A stretch of DNA of 64,000 bases from Paragordius varius (GCA_964247055.1 OZ176055.1:9982001-10046000), one strand, 5' to 3'. Positions 1-13,537 are shown, numbered from the stretch's first letter. A program made the numbers and translations. The notes: a model not told the origin generated them from the letters alone.

Positions 1-55
1 TAATCAGATATAATTACGACTTTTCTTTAAAATATTGAAATTTAACTTTTTATAC

Positions 56-259
56 TAAAAAAGAGATATTCACAATTGTTTTCATCAAATCCTTTTATCA
101 ATAGAGTGCAAAAAATATTTTATATATACAAAATTTTCTTTACAGAATAGAATGGTGATATCAGAGGGAAGCTGCTGCAAAAAAAGGGGTTTTCCCATTT
201 TAAATTTGTGTCAAGATTATAATCACTATTTATATTATCACTTTCATCAAATTTATGAT
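56..259 (-). CDS. Possible internal exons of an unidentified gene running off the left edge
   Basis: Segment 259-144 is flanked by AG/GT and reads DHKFDESDNINSDYNLDTNLKWENPFFCSSFPLISPFYS. It is phase-compatible with a short segment 91-56 (DLMKTIVNISFL). No recognisable homology. Confidence 0.3.
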
Positions 260-1033
260 CTATTAAAAACAAATATAATATTGAAATAGTGTTTTTAAAT
301 CGTACAGCGTTTTTATATTTATGCCTCAATAAAAAAATTTGCAATTTTTTAGATATATTTATGGTTGATACTAAAATTTATAACTTATCTAATAGCTCAT
401 TTTAATACAGCAAAAAATTTAGAGACTTTCGGAGCTCATATCTAAAAATTTAAAATTAAAAAAAATATTCTTTGCTTATGCAGTTTATAATATATTTTAG
501 TGATATTTCACCAAAAAATTTTATTTAACAAAATGTGCGCGAATTCTGCCATTTTGTGATATGGAATATCACTAAAGTGTTAACACCTTTCTTAAATCAA
601 TCGTAAGGGCCAAAATCAAAAGCACCATCTTAATACATATATATATATATATATTAAATTAGGTTATTTTTAAAACCCTAAATTTCCGCAGGTATATGCT
701 AAATTTGACGTGGAAATATTTTTTGAATAAGTGGTTAAAAAATTTACAGGGAAGATTTGTTGGATTATACTTCTTATATTTTAAGACATTATCGATATAA
801 AAACGCTTTAAGATATTCTTTTTATATACAAATCGAAAATGTTTAAACTTGCTATCACTTCAGAATTTAAATATAATGATTCGTTTGCTTTAAATTGGGT
901 AATTTAAAAAGTGTCTACAAAAAAATTAGGCAATTTAGGTTTTATATGTATTTGGAACCTCTAAAAATGTAATAAATTGTTTATTATTGGGTGAATACAA
1001 AAGAGGATGAGATTTTTGAAAAACATTGCTAAG

Positions 1034-1067
<34 letters not shown>

Positions 1068-1750
1068 AAAGTATCCTAAGTTCATCGGATCTGTGAACCT
1101 TCAAAATAACAGGTTTATAAGGATTTTTTTATCAGTAATCACAAAAGATTTAAGTAAACTTTTTGAGTGTGAGTTTTTATAATTAAAAATTTTTAAAATA
1201 TGTAACATATACCGTACGAATATTAAGATTACATTAATTTGTTTAAAATTAAAAATTAATCAAATTAATCATAGGAAATCATATGAAACAAAAAAAAACT
1301 TGTGGTTATATAATCATTTGGCAAAAGTTATTAAAAAATTATTATCCAAATTAAATCTTAATCACAAAAGTTAGTTTTTTAGCTGATAATTAAAAATAAT
1401 TTTTCTGTTGATCATTATATTTAAAGTCAAGTGTCAAATATCCAAAATTAAAACATAACTAATTAATGGTAAATATAATTGCGCATGACTAATCCATTTG
1501 ATAATTATAACCATTATATTAAAACATAAATAAATAAACAAATTTGGTGTGCACAATACCATTTTCTGATATGAAATATGAAAATAACATTGAATCAATG
1601 CTAGGGGCAAAAACAGATCTTTATTATAATCCTCTTGTTTTCTTTTTAGAAAATATATATTTTATTAGGTAATTTTTACTGAATACATCATATCATATTT
1701 TTAATTTAAAAACAGAAAAGTGTATTATTTGACACGTTTGTGAATCGAAT

Positions 1751-4700
1751 ATGGCGGAAAAGCGTGAACGATCTCAATCGCCTGAAGTGCAAACAATTAA
1801 TTTAGAAAGCACCGAAGTAATAACTGTAACTCAAACGGAAACCCTAAAAGTTAATGGCGAAACAACTGAAAATGAAGTGACGGAAATCACTGAAATAGAC
1901 AGTAGTGAGCCAAAGAAATTAAAGCAGACGAAGAAAGTTTTGATAACAAATATACCATATGAAGTCAAATGTCAGGAATTAAAAGATTTTATTATTGAAG
2001 AAGGTATATTTGTTGATTAATATTATTAAATTAGTTGGTGAATGTGATTTTGTTAGATTGTTTGAAACCTCTGATGGCAGGTCAAAGGGTGTTGGGTAAG
2101 TTTTATAACTGATACTATCTTTTAACATTGTGGATGGGGCGATATCATATATATTTCTTCAATAATATTTTGTATAGATTGGCGGAATTTAATTCGGATG
2201 AAGCAGCACAAAAATGTCTCGAAAAATTATATCGAAAAAGTTTGAAAGGCCGTGATATAGTGGTTAAGGAGGTTTATAATCCTTCTATCTGTTTTCTCTC
2301 TCTTGATATGAACATTGATTCATTGATTGATTGAATGCTTTATTTTAGGATAAAGAAAATGAAAGAGATAGATTCGGGGATCCAATTGTTAAGCGTAATG
2401 TCGACGGTCTCGTTGAAACTTATGATATTGATCCTCTTATTCTCAAGGAGTTAAATGTGTCTGGTCATTTGACCAATCGGCTTTTTGTGGCAAATGTAAT
2501 ATATGATACTTTTTCTTCTTTTGCTCTTATATACATCTTGTGTTATTATATATGTTTTTGATAGATGTTTATACATTTCCTTTTTAAGATCTTTTTTTCA
2601 TCTAACTGCCTCTGCACAAATTCCATAAATACTAATGTATAACCACAATTTATGAAAAGTTTTATCTACATTGCAAAAAGTCGACCCCGACTGTAGCAAT
2701 ACACACACATACATTAACCGACTTAATCAACCACTAAATTAAAAATTAATACTTTTTTAAAAAATAACTTTACTTCACGTATGTAATATCAAACCTAAAC
2801 CTAGCTACTACTTTATTAATTGTGTTTTTAATCATTTTCCAATAGATTGATTTCAAAGCGGACGAGAAGAATTTGCGCGATGTATTTTCTCTGGCCGGAC
2901 GAGTCATTCGCATTTGGTTGCACAAAACGGAAGATGGGAAAGCCAAAGGAACCGCTATTGTTGAAATGTCTCATCCTGTGGAAGCGGTTCAAGCCATTTC
3001 GCTTTTACATAATCAGGTCTTTTTATTTAACTCTGAGCTAGCTTTTAAAAACCGCATTTTTAGTCTATTAAACGTATTAAATGACTAATAAAGATGTAAT
3101 TATCATGACATATTAATGTATATATATATGACTTGAAAAAGCATTTTATATAACTAAAGTGAATTTTTATTGTTTTTTTTATAGGAAATGGTGTTAATCG
3201 GGGTGTAGTTTTTCCTATCATGATTTTTTAATTTTGGTAAATATGCTAAAATATAGCAAACAAGATGTTAAATTATATATTTTTTCCCTGATGTCTGCCA
3301 CAAATTTTTTATTTTTCAATTTAGCAAAAAATTAAGCGATACCCTGTTAAAAACTCTACAATTTTAATTATAATTAAATCCATAATTTTTAGTTTATTAA
3401 AAATTACAACTTAAATGGTAAGAAATTCCTATCCAAATATATTTATTTTTTCAAAATAATAAAATATAATTGGCATTTATTTAAATGATTTAGAAATTTT
3501 ATAATCGTGAACTTGCCATACGCATCGATAAATTTGCCCAAGACGAGGATAAACAGCGATTTTCATTGCCAAAAATCATATTACCAAGTAATAATAATAT
3601 ATATATATATATGCACTTTTTTTATTTCACTTGCAACAATACATTTTGCTTTACTAAATTATGATGTATGATAGAGGGCCTAAAAGCTTTGGGTAAAGAA
3701 ATTACAGTGTTGGGCGTCCCCTTCAGCCTTTGTCAATGGATTATGGGTTCGTCTTTGTTTGGCGTTTCAGGTGCCGCTGCTGGTAACACCACAGGTTATC
3801 CAACCACAGGAGGTTCAAATTATTATGGAGGAGGTGCAGGGGGAGGAGGAGATATAAACAGTTTATACGGTCGCTCACCCTATGATGATTTTGGATATGG
3901 GGGCGGTGGTCGAGACGGAGGTATTATCGTTTTGGATTTAACAATATTAACTCCTTTGAATGTCATTTTCTGAAGGTTTTTAAAATATGAATCCATTTAA
4001 GTCCAAAATATAAATATTAGTTTTTGTTTGAAATTTAATGTTACAATGATTGTAAATATCAGTAAATGCAAGAAACCAGAGTTTTATGTTTTTCCATATA
4101 TTGAAACAGTTATATAACATTTGCATTTTAATGTCCTTAGATGAATGATTTACGATTTGATTGATAAAAGTTAAAAACAAAACAAAAAAGTCAAAGGACC
4201 AACTTGAAATTTTCAAGGACCAACTTGAAGTGTCCAAGGACACTCTTAAAGTGCAAATGGTATATAACATTTAATAAAAAAAGTTATCTCCAGTGTTAAT
4301 CATTTTTTTCCTAATAAATTTTATGTATAGGCGCTAATGCTGCACAAATTAATTCACTGCTAAATAGTCTGATGGGTATGGGGGGTGGAGGCGCAACGGC
4401 CAACATGTCAAACAGTCAACTCATGTCTCTCATGAATACTTTGTGTGGTGTGGGAGGAACAGGAATGGGTGCTCTAGGTATTTTTTTAAATTTTAACCCT
4501 GTTTTATGATAGAATTTTTTTATGTAATAATAAAATGCTTGCCCTTTCACTTGTTAAGACTGGTTGGTTATAAAATTTAATTTTTCTCGCATATTTTTAG
4601 CGTTGTAAGATTCATTAAACTTTATCAAATTCTCTTTTCTACTCTCTACATTTTATTACTGCTTTAGGTGGTGGTGGTAATGCAAACAATCCTGCACTGA

Positions 4701-5394
4701 CAAATATGCTTCTTGGTGCTTTAGGAGGGGGAGGTTCAACACCAACCGGGGGATCTAATGGCCCCTTTCCACCCTCGCCCTACAACAATGGGTATGGGGG
4801 ACATCATGATTCATCTTACAACTCCAGCACTTATCATGCCAGTTCTCCGCCCCATAGAAGAAGTACAGGTGCAGGTTTTAGCGGCGGAAGCCAAGATAAT
4901 CGTGTAGTTATACGTAATCTACCATCTTCCTATAAATGGCAAGACCTAAAGGATAAATTTCGTGAGGCTGGCGATGTTAGGTAATTGAATATGTGTGACA
5001 GCTTTACACACTAATTGTATATCCTACCGATAATGTGTGCGAAAAATGCGAAGTTTCGATGTTGGCTAAAATTAAGCAAAAAACTGAATTAACTTTCATT
5101 TCGTGTTTTGGCTTTATTTTTTAGAATTTCTAAGCATGTTAACCTCATTAGTTATAGAGGCCTCTATAAAAGGCATATACATTTATTTTTACTATTTTTT
5201 ATATAAATAGTGGTAATCTTTAATACTTTTTAACATTATTGATTAGATATGCTTCTGTGAACCCCTCGAAAGATGACACCTCGTCCTCTGAAGGGATTGT
5301 TCAATTTGGAAATTCCGACAGCGCTAGAAAAGCATTACGCCTTTTTGATAACACACGACTGGGTGGTCGGATAATTAATGTTAATATGTTGTAG
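1751..5394 (+). CDS. HNRNPM: hnRNP M / MYEF2-like three-RRM RNA-binding protein (10 exons)
   Basis: Phase-consistent exons 1751-2003, 2035-2095, 2178-2271, 2349-2495, 2846-3016, 3494-3587, 3675-3920, 4331-4477, 4668-4980, 5247-5394. RRM1 (VLITNIPYEVKCQELKD...GRSKGVGLAEF), RRM2 (RLFVANIDFKADEKNLRDVFSLAG...EMSHPVEAVQAISLLHNQ), a Gly-rich linker, and RRM3 (VVIRNLPSSYKWQDLKDKFREAGDV...LGGRIINV). The HPVEAVQAIS motif is characteristic of hnRNP M/MYEF2. Confidence 0.9.
4115..4265. mobile_element. Internally deleted foldback-like element, family C (21-bp AAGGACCAACTTGAAGTGTTC repeats)
   Basis: Ends TAACATTTGCA...TGCAAATGGTA. The right arm (AAAAACAAAACAAAAAAGTCAAAGGACCAACTTG...) is shared with 13130-13190. 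Lies in an hnRNP M intron. Confidence 0.7.
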
Positions 5395-5769
5395 GAAATT
5401 AGCATTATAAAGACCATTACATTTATTCGATGTGATTAAATGATATCATACATATTTTACATATATATATATGACTTACTTTATATATCGTTACATATTC
5501 TGTCGGTATCAATTACTATCATTTGTAAATAAATATTAGATATCATACTGTTTTTTTGTATTAACTATTCAAATTGCTAACTTTCCGTCTAAATATTTTT
5601 TTAATATCTTTTGGAAAAAAAGTATTTTAATTATAATGTGAAAGAACTATTATTGCATATCCCTCATTACATTAGACAATTTATTGAATATTTGTATTTT
5701 AAATTAACGGGTTAGTAACATTATTTTCTATAATTTAATTATTTTTTTATAAAATTGCACAAGGGTATA

Positions 5770-6009
5770 TACCATTTACAATTCAAATTCACTTTCGAAA
5801 AATTTAAAAATTTTTGTCAAATATAACTCATCATTACTGAATATATTTTTATGAGTTTATTATTTTTTAATATATTTTGTTTAAATACAAATTTTTAAAA
5901 AATATTAAAAATATGGTAATATTTAATTATAAAAAACATACAATTTATTTTAGGATGAATTTGAATTGTTTGAAGGTGAATTCGATTGAGATTTGAACTG
6001 TAAATGGTA
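5770..6009. mobile_element. Foldback-like MITE family B (TIR TACCATTTACAATTCAAATTCAC)
   Basis: Inverted termini TACCATTTACAATTCAAATTCAC...TTTGAACTGTAAATGGTA with TA-rich flanks. The internal sequence is shared with the copies at 48559 and 50800. Confidence 0.75.
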
Positions 6010-6273
6010 TTACAGAATTTTTAAAAAGAATTAGCCTTGATAATGGGCCCAATTACACAAATTGTATTAATAAAGTTATAGAAGCTTTTTATCGATACAA
6101 ATTATGCGGCAGATTTTTCTGTCATATCCCCCGCTTTTGTTGCTAAATATTACAATAAAAACTGAAATTATACTATGGACAAAACGTAAAAATATAAAGA
6201 TAAATATTTTTTCTAAAAGACAACCATACTTTTTTGATCTTGATTCAGTTCAATATAACTCATTGTTTTATAT

Positions 6274-8405
6274 CAGTGGTACTCACCAAAAAAATTTGAC
6301 GGGCCAAATAAAATATATTTTTTTTTCGAGGGCCATGCCTTATAATGGCAAATTTCCATAGCTATTTGACACATATGCACATATATATACTCTAAATCAG
6401 CACGAATTTTTTGCGTATCCCATGATCCAACTAAAAATCGTTTTGCACCATTTAGTTTAAAATATTTATATTAACCCCATATGATCATCCGTTAAGCGAT
6501 TTCTGTATGTATTATTGACATACTTCATTTTTGAATATGCCGTCTCACACGTGTAAGAGGGAAAAACAGTGAGGATAACTGAGCACTTTTTATATTTTCA
6601 TATTTATTTGGAACATCTTACCAAAACTCTACATATCTTTCTACTCTATTCTCCTTGAATATAGCCTCCAGATTGGAATCATTTTTAAAATCTACGAATT
6701 CTTTAATGATATGCGCCTGATCAAAACCGAAATGCTCAAATCGCTTATTATTGGATCCATATGACATGGATTTTAAATGAGTTTTAAGCAATTTTAAATA
6801 TTTCTTAATTCAAATCTGAATTTCATCTCATTATATAAAATGTTAAATGATTGTCTATTATTAAATTAATCTCCGCGGTAAATTCTATATTTTCTTCATG
6901 AATCGTTTTAAGTGTTGGAAAATATGGGAATGTTTTATTTATAAAATCTGGAATATATATTATTAATTTTTCTTTAAAAGCAATATTTGATTAGCGAATT
7001 GGCTTATTATTTTGCTCCCTTGAAGACTTGGATTAAAACTAAGAAAATAATGTCTCAAAGGTAGGCTAATAAAACTCACTATTTGTCACTATTAATTTCC
7101 TCGTCAATTTTTCTGTTATCTTTATGATAATAGAATTTAATAACTTACAAAAAATCACAGCGGTGCACAACAGAATATCATCAAACTCACTGTGATATCT
7201 TTCAGAAGGTTTTTGAATATATGCGGTTGAAATTCTATGCCACGGATGTGGTTAACCATATCCACAACCGTTTTAAATACTGAATTGAGTGATTTATCTT
7301 TTACACGCGAAACCATTTGCTGATGAATAAGGCAGTGAAAGGATAAAATATTTGGCAAATTATATTTGTTTTTCAAAAGAGGAATAAATCCTTTGTTTAT
7401 TCCAATCACAGAGGAAACAGCCATCTGTGCAGATCACCAATTTCATAATCCATTATTATCGAAAAAGGTGCTAATTATTTTGAGAAAACTTCCTTTCGTG
7501 GTATTATTCATTGGTAAAAATTTTAAATTTTTCTAGTTGATCATGTTCTCGTTGCAAAATCTCACGAAGAGCGCACATTGAGGTGTTATAATATCAGTCC
7601 TAGAATCAATAGCAATGCTAAAATATTTGCTGTTTTTCAGAGCCAATAATGTATTGTTAAAAATATATTTAGACATATCTTGAATGCGTCGAGCACATGT
7701 TGAATCAGAAAGTTAAAGTTTTTTTAATTTGACTCATGATTTGATCTTTATTATGGAATTTATTAAAAAAAGTTCAACCATTTATTAGACATAATTGGAA
7801 TTCAGTAAACGGTTTCATATTTTTTCCTAGGTAATATGATGGATTGTAAAACGTCTTTCAATATTATATTTTTATATAATTATGTTGTCCTTACATATAC
7901 GGCAGTTAACAACATTTTTATTTTGAACGACAAAGAATTTTCATTCCCATTTTTAAGATGCGATTTTCATCGGATAATTTATGTTTTTTAGCATTAGATG
8001 TCATCCTTTGAATTTATGTTTAAATATTATGTAGATTTTTTCAAAAAATTAGGAATATAATTTGAATTATGATATAAATTTTTATGGGAATGAGTTATAA
8101 AAAATGATAAGGATAGCAATGAAAAGAATCTGTATATGGAAGTTTGAGTGAAATGCTTGCTTATATTCAAAAAAAGAATGCAATAAAAAATAGAAAAGAA
8201 AATAGAACAAAGAAACAGAAACAACTGTGCCAACATTTTGAAATCATTCATATTGGGTAAAAAATAAAAACTACGAAAATTCGTTTATGTGTATTTTAAA
8301 ATTCATCAATAAAAAAATAATATAAGTATCAATATGGTCATAGGGCAATTTTAAAGCACTCTAAGGGCCGCATGCGGCCCGCGGGCCGCGGTTTTAGTAT
8401 CACTG
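6274..8405 (-). mobile_element. Buster/Charlie/SPIN-type hAT DNA transposon, decayed, 2132 bp
   Basis: Termini CAGTGGTACT... / ...AGTATCACTG. Perfect 8-bp TSD TTTTATAT at 6266-6273 and 8406-8413, fitting the nnnTAnnn Buster consensus. Subterminal GGGCCGCATGCGGCCCGCGGGCCGC is typical of Charlie/Buster elements. Confidence 0.92.
6440..8004 (-). pseudogene. Frameshifted hAT (Buster/GTF2IRD2/ZBED8-like) transposase
   Basis: Hand translation across frameshifts gives LSDSTCARRIQDM, YFSIAIDSRTD (first catalytic D), ICTDG (second D), FHCLIHQ (CxxH) and FPSYTCETAYSKMKY (dimerisation domain). Multiple stops and frameshifts. Confidence 0.88.
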
Positions 8406-9201
8406 TTTTATATGGCAAAGTATAAAATAGAGATATATTACAGACACAATAAATTCTATATTTTAGAATCGTAACCTGTCTTTAAATTTTTACGTTTAGT
8501 CCGTAAAATTTCAGTTTTAAGTGTATTTTGTTGACGTTAATGATTTGTTTCACTCAAACTCCCTCAATAACAACGGTTATTGCGATTATTCATGGATAAA
8601 ATTGTCGTGTCACCTTACATTTATTTATTAATATAGTTGTATAAATTTCCACCCTTTGATTTATAAAATTTTCAAAAAACAACCATACTTTATTTTTCAT
8701 AAACCTCTTTAAATACTGAAAATTAATAATGGGTGTCTGTTACCAATTTACATATCTCTTTGCACTTTGAAACAATGATTTTTATTCAAAAAAATAAAGA
8801 GTGATCTTTCGAAAAAATAAACATTTGTCCGTATGTTTTACGTTTTGTTCGTATAATTTTACTGTGCTTTAAAAAATTTTAATACAGTTGGTAGAGTATT
8901 GACAGAAACTCCACCCCAAAATACCGTTTCGTAATTTGGAGCGCCCCTTTTATTTTATAGCGTTTGAAAACCTATTAATTACCCTCATGTTTTGCTTTTT
9001 CCAAACAACCATGCATGAAATCATGCCTCTATATTAAATGAAATAATTTTATTAAAAACATATTTAAAATTGGAAAAATATGTGAATGATTATGTAATCA
9101 GATATAACTTATTAGCCATTAAGTTTAAGATCAATCAATATACATAAAAATTACGTAACGATAAATAGCAAAGTTTTAAACACTTTTAATTTTTATTTAT
9201 A

Positions 9202-11996
9202 ATGGTTAATGTTTTCTTTCCAAAATTAACATTAGTTTCCAACCCAAACAGTTCGACAATTCTCACATTCATTGCGATTATAAATTTCGCTCTAATTTTT
9301 ATTTATCCATTAATAAATCCGTCGAAAGGAATAATAATAATACAGCCTTCTTGGAGTCTACAATCTGAATTAACTGAAAAATATCAAAATTCTTACAGGA
9401 CGCTTTATAATTTTGTTAATATGGAGACAGAAACTGCAAATTTTAACTTTGAGATCGCAAAGAAAAAAAGCTACAAATCTCACCGCTCATGTTTACTGGA
9501 AAAACTCTATTTTATAGGTATCTAGTTATAAATTATATATAAATAATTGTGTGATATTCAATACGATAAAACTACGGTTTTTTAAGCGGTTGAAATTGGA
9601 TCCGTTTTAGGTTTCAACTTTGTAAATTTTTTATATATCAAAAAGTGTTAGCAAAAAACAAAATTTCCTTTTTATAGAAGCTTTAATTATTTTAAATAAT
9701 GCATTTATAAAAAATTTATTAGCCCTTTAAGAAAACATAAACATATATGAATTATACAATAAAAACAAGGTTGTAATGAAACTGAGAAAGAAAAATTATT
9801 AACTCTTAAATTTTGAAATTTCATACCATTAACTAAAACTTTTACCGTTAACAGTCTAAAAAACTAATAACTACTCCATTAAAAAGAGTTTTGATTTTTG
9901 AGCCCTGGTTAAGAAAGATTGAATGACTTTAACTGTATAAAATATCTGTCCTACAAAAAATAGCCAGTAAATATTTTAGATTACACGGTCTACCCGCCAA
10001 AATTGCTCAAATAACCTTAAATCACGACATTTACAAGCACAAAATATTAGCATCTTCTAAATTTTGGCTGACAATCATGGATGAATTAGTAGATATAAAA
10101 CTAATCAGATTACAGAATATTTCAAGACAAGTTTTATTTAGATTTTTATTTTACTGTAAATTTCTTAGATATTTAACTTAAACATCATTGTAAACTATTT
10201 GATATGGGCACATAGCTTTTTGTTTCTTTCCAATCAAGCACAAAAACGATTTTGGAAAAATTCAGTCAACACTAACGGATTCTTAGAAACGCTTCTGCAA
10301 GATATTACCGAAACACTTTTAATATCTCAAACTATTTTAGTTGTTTTAATACTAGGGATAAATGTAGTTTTATCAACCATACTTAACCATAGAAATCAAA
10401 TAATTTTAACAAGCAAATTGAAACTCGACACTGGTATACATATATTTTTATGTTATCAAGATTTTTACATTTTCATATTGTGTCAAGTCAACTCCATTTG
10501 CCTAACCAGTTGGATATTGGTTCAAAGAATAACCAATTGCCAGAAGAGTTATACAGATTTAGAACAAAAATATTCATTTACCCCGAAAATATCGTTTAAA
10601 TTGTGGCGCGAAAATATTTTTTGGGGTTATTTTAAAGATTTGATTGGCAAAAAATACCCTCTTCCTTACATTAAAACCTACTTGTACCGTATTTGTATTT
10701 CATCAATATGTTACTTTTACTTTTTCAATTCTTTCCATTGCAACGCCAAACCCACAAGAATGCTTCAACAATATGGGTAAAATATAGATTGTTTTAATAT
10801 AATTAAAACATTTTTTGAGTTTATAATTGTGCTCAATTTGAATTGGATATGGCATTATATTTCATGCAAATAAGGGGCCGAACGCTAGTATATGACCTAA
10901 AAAATAAGAGTGCTCATATATCCTTGAGTCAAGGCTGAACAAATTATTATCGGATTTCGGCATTCACCCTAGAGTAGAATAGGAAGATAGGCATGATACG
11001 CCAAAATCAAATTTTAAATTGAGATTATATTTTTTGATTTCGTATTATGTCTGGAGTATATACCAGTGATAATTGATGCAGCCCTTCGATACCTTATATG
11101 CTGCCTGTGAAAAAAAATTGAAAATCTATAATCAATTTTTGTAAAATTGATATTTCATAAACTAATTTTTTGAATAAGCTTATGCAACGAATTATAAATT
11201 GTTAAACACTGTTTGAATTTTACAGTTTTATGTTTAAAATTTTAATGTATTTATTAAAGCTCATAAATGCGACCCGCGAGGCCATATGTATTGTGCAGCC
11301 ATGATATCAATAAAAATGGTTGTAAACCGCATTTTTAAATTTCTAATCATAAATGCGATATAGTCTGGGGTCTAAAATTTTTTATTCTGCATTGAAGATT
11401 TACAATGCTTAAGTTTTTCAGTTGGCAGATCTTGATATAAAAAATTCAAACTGCATTCCATATATTCTTTATAATTTAAAATCTTGGTTTATTTCTCGGC
11501 CACTAAATACTAATTGAGAAAAAACTAATACATGCCAAATGCTTAAACTTATCTTTTATCCCTATTTTGACTGTAATGTTGCGTTTCACCAAAATAATTT
11601 CCATTTTTTATATGAATTTGTTTTAGTGATACAATAGGGGAAGTTAAATGGATTCAAAATTTGTGGTATCGATCAAATAATGGCACAACCAACAATCAAG
11701 GTTGTCGCGAAGTGATAGATCCAATCATTGATGTTATAAGTCATGTGAAAGATTATTCAATCACACTTGAAATCTTGGAAGATTTTAACAGCACAATCTC
11801 AAATATGCTAAAAACTGCAAGCCAAGGGGAAATTTTTTTAACAAAATATTTAAAGCTCATGTTTACTGTGTTAAGTTTTATATATACACTCATTTATAAC
11901 AGATTTAACATTTTCGTGTTATGGATATTTTCAACATTCTTACCAAACATAGCCACCATAAATGTGTTAATGATTGATATAACTTGTTCAATTTGA
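9202..11996 (+). CDS. Putative orphan multi-pass membrane protein (~450-460 aa, 4-5 exons)
   Basis: Three long same-strand ORFs join with compatible phases and GT/AG sites: 9202-9517, optional 9587-9610, 10051-10130, 10169-10776, 11627-11996. Several hydrophobic segments are present. A stop-free run of about 200 codons is very unlikely by chance in DNA this AT-rich. Family not recognised. Confidence 0.55.
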
Positions 11997-12203
11997 ACTA
12001 AAATTTATAATTTTATTATCCCAGCAATTACAAATTCGAAGATATCCTTATTTTAATATATATATGCTTTTTATTATTATTGAATAAATGTAGAACAATT
12101 TTTTTTGCCATATATTCAGATCAGATCATCTTATAATTCTATATACCCAATAATAATGCTTTTATTAATTTTAATAAATCAAATATAATAATCATAAATA
12201 AAA

Positions 12204-12636
12204 TAATTTGCACTTCAAGAGTGTCCTTGAACATTCCAAGTTGGTCTTTTGACTTTTTTGCTTTGTTTTTAACTTTTATCAAACTAATCGTATATTATTC
12301 ATCTATTTTGTTGTTTTTAACCTATTTTCTATTATTTGACGCAAATTTTTAATCAATATCAACTTTTAAGCATTGAGAAACCGTATATCTTAATTAATTT
12401 CTTAAAATTATTTTGGATATTTATAATATTTCACCTAATTAAAAAATATATAAGTTTTCTGGGTTAATATTTACAACTTTTTATTAAAAACATTTAAAAG
12501 TAATAATTTTGTTAATACATGCAAATATTATGGTGAAATCAAAATTTAAAAATTTTAAGGACCAACTTGAAGTGTTCAAAAACCAACTTGAAAAGGGCCA
12601 ATTAGAGTGTTCAAGGACATTGAAGTGCAAATGGTA
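12204..12636. mobile_element. Foldback-like element family C, copy 1
   Basis: Inverted ends ATTTGCACTTCAAGAGTGTCCTTGAAC... / ...GTTCAAGGACATTGAAGTGCAAATGGTA with 21-bp subterminal repeats. Confidence 0.75.
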
Positions 12637-12651
12637 TATGTTATTTTGATA

Positions 12652-13194
12652 TAACATTTGCACTTCGAAAGTGTCCTTGAACATTTCAAGTTGGCCTTTA
12701 AACATTTCAATTTGGTCTTTGAACACTTTAAGTTGGTCCTTAAAAATTTCAAATTATTCCTTGAAGATTTCAAGTTGCTTGAATACTTTAAGTTGGTCCT
12801 TTAAATTTTTTAATTTTGATAATTTTTGGATGTATTTTTCTATTTTATTATTTTTTAACCTAATATTTTATTTATTGTATATTTACATTATAAAAATAAA
12901 CATTGAAAAACCACTTTTTTGTTATATTTTTCCAGTTTAACAATATTATTAATTTTTAAATGTTTTTGATGAGATATTGTAAATTATAACCCAGAAATCT
13001 TATATATTTTTTAATTAGGTTTTAAAATCTTATAAATATCCAAAATAATTTAAGAAATTAACAACAGTATACGGTAATAGAAAATAGGTTAAAAACGAAA
13101 ACCTTGATGAATGATATACGATTAGATTAAAAACAAAACAAAAAAGTCAAAGGACCAACTTGAAGTGTTCCAGGACACCCTTGTGCAAATAATT
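12652..13194. mobile_element. Foldback-like element family C, copy 2 (inverted relative to copy 1)
   Basis: About six 21-bp units at 12660-12805. Internal 12941-13070 is the reverse complement of 12381-12515. Confidence 0.75.
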
Positions 13195-13537
13195 AACCAA
13201 CCCATTATTTAACAAAAATTGAATTTTATCGAAGTCAACTGGATCTCGACCAAAATGTTTCCAACATTTGTTTTCATTATTGGTATCTCACAGAAATAGC
13301 TAAAGAATATTATAGTTAACTGAGCCCTTGTGATTGCAAAATTAAATATACTAAAAATTAAAGATAACAATAAATGTTTAAAAGATGTGATTTATTTCCT
13401 CATAATTACAAAACATCTTTAATTATATAGTTTATCCAATAACCAACTATTTATATACATATATAATATTTATTTAATTATTTAACACATCATCAAAACT
13501 AATCTCAAATACGCTATATAAATTATATTCGATTGTA

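Larger units (their letters stand above)
6153..8523. mobile_element. MITE family A copy split by a hAT insertion
   Basis: Left TIR at 6153-6250 (…GAAATTATACTATGGACAAAACGTAAAAATATAAAGA…AGACAACCATAC). The rest of the element resumes at 8414 (GGCAAAGTATAAAATAGAG) and ends in a degenerate right TIR at about 8480-8523. Confidence 0.8.

Noticed and set aside
11268-11300. ATGCGACCCGCGAGGCCATATGT, similar to the Charlie/Buster subterminal motif
   Set aside because: Isolated remnant without termini; noted only as possible hAT debris in an intron.
12484-12940. ORFs with heptad-like periodicity (MFKDQIEMFKGQLEMFKD..., LKCSKTKLKCLKANLKC...), also 3980-4270 and 43591-43836
   Set aside because: They arise from the 21-bp (7-codon) subterminal repeats of foldback families B and C; there is no evidence they are real coiled-coil genes.
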